Position numbers and translations under genes: made by a program | Notes under the pieces: model-generated | Told to the model about the DNA's origin: nothing | The model's database searches: none | The model's input: only the letters and a program-made list of their open reading frames with translations | Source: Macrostomum hystrix | Taxonomy: Eukaryota > Animalia > Platyhelminthes | Assembly: GCA_950097015.1 (NCBI GenBank) | Contig: CATNEN010000012.1 | Span: 2,728,001 to 2,792,000 of the forward strand | Direction: 5' to 3' | DNA: 64,000 bases | Shown here: one piece after another, positions 1-8,900 of the stretch | How positions within the stretch are numbered: the stretch's first letter is position 1 | How the letters are laid out: each line of letters starts with the position of its first letter

Positions 1-2
1 TG

Positions 3-818
3 GACCAGAGGATCGCCAGACAAGAGAAGCTGCTCCGCCTGAGAACGCTTCAGCGCCAAACAGCGGAGATTGAAGCCGAGCTTGGAAAGGACGGCCAGCG
101 CAGACAGAGTGGTAAGTCGACTAGCCCGATGCTGCTTAACCAAACCCTCAGTGCCCACGAGCCGGAGCAGCATCTGCCAGTGCCAGACTGGGAACTCCCC
201 GGCAGCTACACTAAGCCAGCTGCCACCTCGAGGCCTCTGCTGGTGAGAGACTTCATCGATCGTGACTTCGAGGAGCCTGCGCCCCAATTAGCGAAGACTA
301 GAGCCCGAACTGAGAACATCACGGCCGGTCAGTGGGTTGCAGGCAGCGGCCGCATCCTGCTGAGACTGCTTGACGACGGTGCCCTAGTCACAATGAGAAA
401 CGGCACCATGGATTTGAGTGAGCTGAAAGCCTATGTGCGGTACTGCGTACAGTTCGGCGAGTTCATGCATCAGGGCTTCAGCCAGGCCGCCCTCAACGAC
501 TACGACGAAGACTTCAGGATCCTGCAGCACCAGACCAGCGGCAACTGGGAGCGGGAGTCGTTGCAGCTGCTGTCCAAGCACATTCTGGCACCTAAACCCA
601 ATCCTGCTGGCAGTTCGACCTATTCGCGGCCTGGCTTCAAGTTCAGCAAAATGAGAAACCAGACAAGCGGCTTGGTCGGCCCAACCGACGCTGAAGGTCG
701 GGAGCTGTGCGTCAAATTCAACCGAAACAGCTGCCACAGACGCGACTGCAAGTTCAGACACGCGTGCTCTGCCTGCTACGCGGCGCACCCGCGCCAGCTC
801 TGCACGTCAAAAAACTAG
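3..818 (+). CDS. Gag-like ORF1 (5'-partial)
   Basis: The frame is open from base 3 (DQRIARQEKLLRLRTLQRQTAEIEAELG, coiled-coil-like), so the true start is outside the window. The C-terminal CVKFNRNSCHRRDCKFRHACSACYAAHPRQLC is C-x7-C-x4-C-x3-H plus C-x2-C-x3-H-x4-C zinc fingers, typical of DIRS/Ngaro Gag. Confidence 0.88.
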   Translation, partial: DQRIARQEKLLRLRTLQRQTAEIEAELGKDGQRRQSGKSTSPMLLNQTLSAHEPEQHLPVPDWELPGSYTKPAATSRPLLVRDFIDRDFEEPAPQLAKTRARTENITAGQWVAGSGRILLRLLDDGALVTMRNGTMDLSELKAYVRYCVQFGEFMHQGFSQAALNDYDEDFRILQHQTSGNWERESLQLLSKHILAPKPNPAGSSTYSRPGFKFSKMRNQTSGLVGPTDAEGRELCVKFNRNSCHRRDCKFRHACSACYAAHPRQLCTSKN

Positions 819-3292
819 ATTGCGGCCGGCCGGGGGACTTGACCGACGGCCCAGCTGCACCGGCCGATTCTGACAATGTCGATCACCCGCTCCCCCCTGG
901 CCGGCCTCAAGCTAAGCCCATCGAGTCCGTTGCCTTCTCTTCTGACCTTATCACCGCCGCCTGGGATGCCGAGCTGCTCGGCGATCCCGATCGTGACTTC
1001 CTGCTGAACGGTGTCCGCAACGGCTTCCGCCTCACCTGCCCCAGCGCCCCTGACAATCAGCCTAATAGCACTTTCTCTCAGAACTACTTCTCCGCTGACA
1101 GTAATCGGCTACTGGTCGAGCAGCAGGTGCGGGAAGAAGTGGCCAACGGCCGTTACGTGAAAGTTAGCAACAAGCCGGACGTCATCAGCGCCCTTGGTGC
1201 CATCCCGAAAGGAAACAACAAGATCCGGCTGATCCACGACTGCTCGCAACCTCCGGACCTCTCGCTGAACAGCCGTTTCTCCTCTGACTACCAGATCAAG
1301 TTTGAGACCGTCAGCCAGTTCACTGCCAAGCTGCAGCCAGGTTGGTTCATGGCGAAGGTCGACTTGGCCAATGCTTACCGCAGTGTCGGAATCAGTCCCC
1401 ACGACTTCCGCTACACTGGTCTACAGTGGAAGTTCAGCGATCAACCGAGCCCGACGTACCTGTGCGACACGCGCCTGCCATTCGGCGCGGCAGCTTCAGT
1501 GGAAGTCTTCCACCGCCTCAGCCAGTCCATCAAGCGCATGATGCAGCGACGCGGCTTCAGCAATATCGGGAGTTACCTCGATGACTTTGCCGTGGCGGCA
1601 GAAACTGAGATCGCCTGCCAGCAAGCTCTGGACACTCTACTTCATCTGCTGCGGCGTCTAGGCTTCTCCATCAACTGGAGCAAAGTAGCTCTGCCGTGCA
1701 CTAGGCTGGTGTACCTGGGCGTCATGATTGACACCAACAGCGGCCTGCTAGAGCTCCCAAAGGACAAGCTCGAGGTCACGAAAGCGCAGCTGCAATCCGC
1801 ACTCTCGCACAAGCGCATCACCAAGCGCCAGCTCCAATCTCTCTGTGGCCGCATCAACTGGGTTTGCCAGGTCGTCCATATCGGGAGGTGTTTCCTGAGG
1901 CCGCTCCTGCTGGAACTCAATAAGTTAAAGCAGCACTGCCACAAACTGCGCATGCACAACGATCTCCGCGAGACCATCCTCTGGTGGGTGGCCTGCCTGG
2001 CCAAGACCCCCAGCTGCCGCATCTGGAGGACCGCCGGGCCAGCCTGGGCAATCGAGTCGGACGCATCCAATTGGGGAGGCTGCGGCATCATCCGCGGCCC
2101 AGGCGTCACTAACTGGCTCATCATCGACTGGCAACGCGATAGTCCGGAGCTCGAAACTCTGCACATCAATTTTAAGGAGAGCCTCGCGCCCGTGTTCACG
2201 GCTCTGCACTTTCAACAAAAGCTGCAACCAGGAAGCAACCTGGTGATCTACTCGGACAGCACGGCCGCTGTCGGCGCCATCAACAAGGGCTCCTCGCCGA
2301 ACCCGATTGTCAACACAGCCCTGCAGCAGCTCGCGCTTCTCGCCGCTCACCGCGATCTCGTTATCCAAGCCTTCCACGTGCCTGGGACGTTCCAGATCTT
2401 TGCGGACAGCGGCAGTCGCGCAGATGACACCAGCGAGCTGGCAAATTTTCTGCTCCGGCTCTACGGCACAGTGGACATTGAAACTGACAACCTTCATGAG
2501 CACACCCTTTCGTCCGCCGCCCGCCAATTCCTTTCTTTGCAGATCGCTCGCCTACGGTCCCGGGTTCGCACCTCAGCCGCCGCTACCACGAGCTCTGCAG
2601 CCTGGCCTTCGCAGGCACGACAGCGCGCTCCTACCGCTGCCAGATTGCCTCCTGGCAACGCTTCTGTAAGCGAACGCGCATTGACAGCACCAGACCGTCA
2701 GCACAGCAGGTCGCGCACTACGTCATCGTGCTGGCCGACCGCCTCACATCGCATGCCAGCATTGGCGCATACCTTAACGCCGCCGACCTGTACTGCAAGC
2801 TGCAGACTGGCCGCGGCCTCCCAAGCGACCCTCGCATCGACCTGCTCCTCCGCGGCGTGCGACGCAAGCTGGCCAGGCCACCCGCGCGCAAGGCTCCAAT
2901 CAAGCCAAACCACCTGCTCAAAATGCGGGGAGTACTGCAGCTGCATATTCCGGAGGACGCAGCCTTCTGGGCGGCTGTCCTGGTCGGATTCTGGGGCCTG
3001 CTGCGCCGCGCAAACCTGTGCTGCCCGACCCCAATGCCGCCACCGGGAGAGGCCATCATCGTTGAAGACCTACGGCTGGGCTCGGACCTGGCAATCCTGC
3101 ATGTCCGCAAGTCCAAGACCAATCAGTTCCGTGAGCGAGTGCACCGCGTGGTCCTGCCACGCCTTCGACGCGAGGCGCAGCACCCGCTCTGTCCGGTGGC
3201 AGCGCTGCGACACCACCTGCACGCCAACCAGCCCGTCCCTGCTTCAGCCCATCTCTTCGCCTTCCGCCATTGCGGTGGTCTCGTGCCAATGA
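707..3292 (+). CDS. Pol ORF2: reverse transcriptase + RNase H (no ATG near its 5' end; probably reached by -1 frameshift)
   Basis: RT motifs KIRLIHDCS, MAKVDLANAYR, LPFGAAAS and YLDD (1574). RNase H motifs IESDASNWG, LHINFKES, IYSDSTAAVGAINKG and HVPGTFQIFADSGSR. No stops or frameshifts. Confidence 0.95.
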   Translation: MRQIQPKQLPQTRLQVQTRVLCLLRGAPAPALHVKKLDCGRPGDLTDGPAAPADSDNVDHPLPPGRPQAKPIESVAFSSDLITAAWDAELLGDPDRDFLLNGVRNGFRLTCPSAPDNQPNSTFSQNYFSADSNRLLVEQQVREEVANGRYVKVSNKPDVISALGAIPKGNNKIRLIHDCSQPPDLSLNSRFSSDYQIKFETVSQFTAKLQPGWFMAKVDLANAYRSVGISPHDFRYTGLQWKFSDQPSPTYLCDTRLPFGAAASVEVFHRLSQSIKRMMQRRGFSNIGSYLDDFAVAAETEIACQQALDTLLHLLRRLGFSINWSKVALPCTRLVYLGVMIDTNSGLLELPKDKLEVTKAQLQSALSHKRITKRQLQSLCGRINWVCQVVHIGRCFLRPLLLELNKLKQHCHKLRMHNDLRETILWWVACLAKTPSCRIWRTAGPAWAIESDASNWGGCGIIRGPGVTNWLIIDWQRDSPELETLHINFKESLAPVFTALHFQQKLQPGSNLVIYSDSTAAVGAINKGSSPNPIVNTALQQLALLAAHRDLVIQAFHVPGTFQIFADSGSRADDTSELANFLLRLYGTVDIETDNLHEHTLSSAARQFLSLQIARLRSRVRTSAAATTSSAAWPSQARQRAPTAARLPPGNASVSERALTAPDRQHSRSRTTSSCWPTASHRMPALAHTLTPPTCTASCRLAAASQATLASTCSSAACDASWPGHPRARLQSSQTTCSKCGEYCSCIFRRTQPSGRLSWSDSGACCAAQTCAARPQCRHRERPSSLKTYGWARTWQSCMSASPRPISSVSECTAWSCHAFDARRSTRSVRWQRCDTTCTPTSPSLLQPISSPSAIAVVSCQ

Positions 3293-3537
3293 CCGCCACC
3301 CGGTTCTGCCGCCTGTTTCGCCGCGCAGTCAACCTCGCCGGCCTGGGAGGACTATCGCTCTCACCGCACAGCCTCCGTCGCGGTGGTGCCTCCCTAGCCT
3401 TTCGGGAAGGCATCCCGCTGCCCGTCGTCAAGGCGCTGGGAGACTGGCGGAGTTCGGCGGTGGAGGCGTACCTTGGGTTGGAGTCGGGCCTCGACCTGCA
3501 ACTGGCTGCTGCTCAAAAACTATCAGCGTGCGTTTGA
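2500..3537 (+). CDS. Tyrosine recombinase ORF3
   Basis: The frame is open from 2500 and includes a SAM-like N-terminal domain (LAFAGTTARSYRCQIASWQRFC) upstream of the ORF-track start. Catalytic residues are intact: R (GLLRRANL), K (RKSKTNQ), HxxR (PHSLRRGGA), W (LGDWRS) and Y (AVEAYL). Confidence 0.95.
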   Translation, partial: AHPFVRRPPIPFFADRSPTVPGSHLSRRYHELCSLAFAGTTARSYRCQIASWQRFCKRTRIDSTRPSAQQVAHYVIVLADRLTSHASIGAYLNAADLYCKLQTGRGLPSDPRIDLLLRGVRRKLARPPARKAPIKPNHLLKMRGVLQLHIPEDAAFWAAVLVGFWGLLRRANLCCPTPMPPPGEAIIVEDLRLGSDLAILHVRKSKTNQFRERVHRVVLPRLRREAQHPLCPVAALRHHLHANQPVPASAHLFAFRHCGGLVPMTATRFCRLFRRAVNLAGLGGLSLSPHSLRRGGASLAFREGIPLPVVKALGDWRSSAVEAYLGLESGLDLQLAAAQKLSACV

Positions 3538-3802
3538 CCCTTGATCTGTCGCTCAAGCATTCTTTGTGACCTCTTTCTTTTGTACTCGCTGTGGACCAAG
3601 TGCCGGCGGCTTCTGTCTTCTGTATTTTTTTGCTTCACGTTTAGTTGTTGTGCTGCGCTCGCTGGTCTCGCTTGTAACTTCTTTACGCCTTCAACCATTT
3701 TGTGTTTTATGTTTTAGCTCTGTTTTAAGTGCGTACCGGCGTCACCCTATTTTGCATTTTATGTTGCGTGCCTCCCCCCTTCCTCTTCCTTTTTTTTGGG
3801 TT

Positions 3803-4239
3803 TGGGCCATAGACGGTGCCCTTCCCTCGTTCGCTCTCTGCTGTGTCGCATCTGCTGTCTCTGTCTGCCTTCGTGCCTGGGAGTGTGGTGTTTAGTGTCC
3901 AATCGGCGCTCGCTGATTGGGTGTAAACACCCACCCCAGGCACCCACCCCAGGCACCCACCCCTCCGCTTTTAGCTGGGTTGTATTTCAGCCGGCACCCC
4001 CGTGCTGCCCAGCCTTGTCTCTTCGCGCTGCGTGGTGTGAAATTTTTTTCTTTTTCCTTGCTTCCTTTTTTCTTTCTTGCTTTTGCCTTTTTGTGTGCAT
4101 TTTGAATACTTCCTTTGAAATAATTTATTTGCAAATATATCGTATGTGGGCCATAGACGGTGCCCTTCCCTCGTTCGCTCTCTGCTGTGTCGCATCTGCT
4201 GTCTCTGTCTGCCTTCGTGCCTGGGAGTGTGGTGTTTAG
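3803..4239 (+). repeat. Split direct repeats B1 (3803-3895), putative A2 (from 3896) and B2 (4147-4239)
   Basis: Two identical 93-bp copies, TGGGCCATAGACGG...GGTGTTTAG, with 251 bp between them. AT-rich host DNA follows 4239. Confidence 0.9.
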
Positions 4240-5376
4240 ATCGCAGTAGAAATGCTTAGATATCAACTAAAAAGGCTACGTTCTTGCATTTGCGGAGGTA
4301 ATATTTTACGTCTAGCACAGTAAAACCAATTCTGACAATATTATTACTAATTTACTTTTCTCAATGTACCGTTTTATTTGATGCTTTTTAAAATTTACAT
4401 TTGAATAAAATTGTTGTGTAAAAAGCAAAATCACAATGATTTTCTTTTTACTCCAAGGTAATCACTACGGTAACTGACTTTTCCGAGAAAATATTCAGTG
4501 TCAATAATTTTGTCATTTATTATCGGCGCGAAATACAGATCATATGCTTCACACCGTTATTTGAATTATTTAGTGCGAGGAATTTCATAAAATCGAGTTC
4601 TGAAACATCATGGAATAACTTTTAGACTTCAGCTATTTATAGGTTTATGTCTCTTTAAACGTTTTATCATTATTTATATTTTACTTTGCATAGCTCTTAG
4701 AATTTGTCCCTAAGAACTGTTAAAGTTAGTTAACTTTGTGCAAATATATGTTTAACATTATTTAAAATATAACAATATTTTTCTGTTTTCTTGCTTAAGA
4801 AGACATCGACTCACTAATTCATTGACTAGTTTTTAATAGTATTTTAAGCATTTCAACTATGTTAAAAGAGATCGTCTATTTTAGATTTTGAGTACTACTG
4901 CATAGTTTTGTTCTGATCTCTTAGTAAAAATTGTAGATGTGTAGTCATAGTAAAATAGTCATTTTGTGACTTTTTCGTACTATACTAGCTGCGAAAGTCT
5001 TAAATAACTATGCAAGCGCTAAAAAGCAAAGGGTTTTTAAAAATTTTTTGTTGATTTTCACATTTTTTACTTTTACTGCATATAAGCTGACAATATTTTG
5101 TTAATCGTTTGTTCTTGTTGTTAACAAACCAAAGTTAGAAAGTTGAAGTCATTGAAAATGAATTTACACTTTTTGTTGTCTAGCTTTTAGTTCAGTAATC
5201 AACAACAGAACTTACTATAACTAAGACTAGTCGACCTATTTAAGATATCTGTGCACAACTATTGGACTAAGTGTTTGTATCGCTTTAAATAAAAACTCAA
5301 ACAACTGAGACAAATGCAAACACTTGACATTAAAACAATGTTCTATTGCATTCCAGCAAATACCCTATTTGAAGCC

Positions 5377-5906
5377 ATGGCAGTGCCCTTCAGCAACACA
5401 AAACTGCGCGTTCCCCGCGGTTTCCAGTCCCTCCTAGAGGGCTTAGCTCGGGAGGTCCTCCGCTCGCAGCCGGCCGACATCTACACATTCGGCGCCATGT
5501 ACTTTGAGGAGCTGGTTAGACGCCGGGAAGAAACCGGCGACGACGATCCTGCACAGCTGGCAGCCAAGGTTGAGGATCGTTTCTACAACAACACGGCCTT
5601 CCAGCAGCCCACCATCGATCCGTCCGATCCACAGCAGCAGGACGCGTCCAAGGTCATCCAGACTAACTTCAGGCGACACGCGGCGCAGAAGGAGGCAGCC
5701 AAGCTGCGCGAGGACAAAGCCGCCAGCGAGATTCAGTCCGCCGTACGCGGCCACCAGGAGCGCGAGGCCATCAAGTGAGCTGCCAGACTGCCTGCCACCT
5801 GCCCGTCTGCCTGCCTGCCTGCCTGCCTGCCTGCCCGTCTGTCTGCCTGCCTGCCTGCCTGCCTGTCTGCCTGTCTGCCTGCCTGCCTGTCTGTCTGTCT
5901 GTCTGT

Positions 5907-5943
<37 letters not shown>

Positions 5944-8900
5944 TGCCTGCCTGCCTGTCTGTCTGTCTGTCTGTCTGCCTGCCTGCCTGCCTGTCTGCCT
6001 GTCTGTCTGTCTGTCTGTCGGTCATAGTGTCTGTCTGTCTGTCAGACTGTCTATCTGTGTCCGTGTCTGTATGTTATCCAGTCTATCTGTCTGTATTGTG
6101 AAATATTGAGTGCCCGGTTGTGAAGTCTCGATTCTTATTGTTAGATTTATTGCTTTCAATTTTTTAAAGCTTCTTGAATGATAACCCCCGGGATTATGAC
6201 TTGCTTCTTATTCTTGTGATCAGAGAGAAGCATCAACGACAGGACGGCAGAGAGAGAGAGAGGCGGACAGGGCAAGAAAGTGCAAGCCAGATTAAGACAG
6301 ATTTGAGCTTACGAGATTAACCGGAGGCCAATGCGTCCTCGTACCCTCTCCTCCTCATTCAGCCGCTGTCTTAACTCTCTCCCCGTCTCGTCTCCCCATC
6401 GATCTAACACAGCAGAAAGCATTCAGTGACTCCCCTCCCCGCCAAGCCAGAGCAGATATTTCCCATTATTGATTGATATCGAGGGAGCAATTTTCTCAAC
6501 TTGCTTGCTCTCTCTCTTTCTTCCCCACTCTCTCTCTCTCTGATGCATTTCTACAATATCCACATCTATCTGCACGGTTGGCATCAAAACTAGACGCTTT
6601 GAAAGGATGGTTATGAAATCGAAATATTCCTATCGATAATATTTTATACCCAAAAGTACACAGCTTTATTATTTTTAACAAAAATTAGTTTTCTAATTTA
6701 GCTCGTATGACTAAAGTTGATTATGTTTCTGTTTCAGGCACACGGCTCCGGGACAGAATTCTGCGGAGGAGGTGGTGAGTGTAATAAGTTTTGCACTCTG
6801 CCTGCTTCAACATCCGTACGTGCCTAGATTCTGAACACCCTAGATTAAAAAATCCCTAGATTCCCAAAATCCCTGTCTTCCAAAATCCCTGTCTTCCAAG
6901 ATCCCTGGATTCCCACAATCCCTGTCTTCCAAAATCCCTGTCTTCAAAAATCCCTGTCTTCCAAAATCCCTGTCTTCCAAGATCCCTGTCTTCCAAAATC
7001 CCTGTCTTCCAAAATCCCTGTCTTCCAAAATCCCTGTCTTCCAAAATCCCTGTCTTCCAAGATCTTAGATCCAAGATCCAAGATCTTCTTAAATCCCTAA
7101 ATTCCTTAAATCCCTAGATTCCTTAAATCCCTAGATTCCTTAAATCCCTAGATTCCTTAAATCCCTAGATTCCTTAAATCCCTAGATTCCTTAAATCCCT
7201 AGATTTCAAAGCTCCTAGATTCCGAAAATCTTTCGATTTCAAAGTCAACAATATTTCAGGAAGTCTTAATATTCCCTGAAGTGTCCAGATTCCCTGAAGT
7301 ATCCAGATTCCCTGAAGTCTCCAGATTCCCTGAAGTGTCCAGATTCCCTGAAGTGTCCAGATTCCCTGAAGTGTCCAGATTCCCTGAAGTGTCCAGATTC
7401 CCTGAAGTGTCCAGATTCCCTGAAGTGTCCAGATTCCCTGAAGTGTCCTCATTCCCTGAAGTGTCCTCATTCCCTGAAGTGTACTCATTCCCTGAAGTGT
7501 CCTCATTCCCTGAAGTGTCCTCATTCCCTGAAGTGTCCTCATTCCCTGAAGTGTACTCATTCCCTGAAGTGTCCTCATTCCCTGAAGTGTCCTCATTCCC
7601 TGAAGTGTCCTCATTCCCTGAAGTGTACTCATTACCTGAAGTGTACTCATTACCTGAAGTGTACTCATTCCCTGAAGTGTACTCATTCCCTGAAGTGTCC
7701 TCATTCTCTGAAGTTTACTCATTCCCTGAAGTGTACTCATTCCCTGAAGTGTACTCATTCCCTGAAGTATCCAGATTCCCTGAAGTGTCCTCATTCCCTG
7801 AAGTGTCCTGATTCCCTGAAGTGTACTCATTCCCTGAAGTGTCCAGATTCCCTGAAGTGTCCTCATTCCCTGAAGTGTACTCATTCCCTGAAGTGTACTC
7901 ATTCCCTGAAGTGTACTCATTCCCTGAAGTGTACTCATTCCCTGAAGTGTCCTCATTCCCTAAAGTTTACTCATTCCCTGAAGTGTACTCATTCCCTGAA
8001 GTGTACTCATTCCCTGAAGTATCCAGATTCCCTGAAGTGTCCAGATTCCCTGAAGTGTCCTCATTCCCTGAAGTGTCCAGATTCCCTGAAGTGTCCAGAT
8101 TCCCTGAAGTGTCCAGATTCCCTGAAGTGTCCAGATTCCCTGAAGTGTCCAGATTCCCTGAAGTGTCCTCATTCCCTGAAGTGTACTCATTCCCTGAAGT
8201 GTACTCATTCCCTGAAGTGTACTCATTCCCTGAAGTTTACTCATTCCCTGAAGTGTACTCATTCCCTGAAGTGTCCTCATTCCCTGAAGTGTACTCATTC
8301 CCTGAAGTGTCCTCATTCCCTGAAGTGTCCTCATTCCCTGAAGTGTACTCATTCCCTGAAGTGTCCTCATTCCCTGAAGTTTACTCATTCCCTGAAGTGT
8401 ACTCATTCCCTGAAGTGTACTCATTCCCTGAAGTGTCCTCATTCCCTGAAGTGTACTCATTCCCTGAAGTGTCCTCATTCCCTGAAGTTTACTCATTCCC
8501 TGAAGTGTCCTCATTCCCTGAAGTGTACTCATTCCCTGATGTGTCCTCATTCCCTGAAGTGTACTCATTCCCTGAAGTGTCCTCATTCCCTGAAGTGTAC
8601 TCATTCCCTGAAGTGTACTCATTCCCTGAAGTGTACTCATTCCCTGAAGCGTCCTGATTCCCTGAAGTGTCCTCATTCCCTGAAGTGTCCTGATTTCCTG
8701 AAGTGTCCAGATTCCCTGAAGTGTACACATTCCCTGAAGTGTCCTGATTCCCTGAAGTGTCCAGATTCCCTGAAGTGTCTTGATTCCCTGAAGTGTCCAG
8801 ATTCCCTGAAGTGTCCTGATTCCCTGAAGTGTCCAGATTCCCTGCAGTTTCAAGATCCCAAAATGCCATTTATTTCCGTCATCTTCCTCAAGGATATTGA

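Larger units (their letters stand above)
1..4239 (+). mobile_element. Ngaro-type tyrosine recombinase (DIRS-order) retrotransposon; 5' end lies upstream of the window
   Basis: Overlapping gag, RT/RNase H and YR ORFs followed by a 93-bp direct repeat (3803-3895 = 4147-4239) in the B1-A2-B2 split-direct-repeat layout. No methyltransferase domain is visible after RNase H, which favours Ngaro over DIRS1/PAT. Confidence 0.9.

Noticed and set aside
384-3431. Antisense ORFs inside the Ngaro element
   Set aside because: Expected shadows of GC-rich coding sequence, with no motifs.
6224-6320. Possible extra exon of the Sp17 gene after TGATCAG
   Set aside because: All frames hit a stop within ~35 codons before any good donor, and 5774 joins 6738 cleanly without it.
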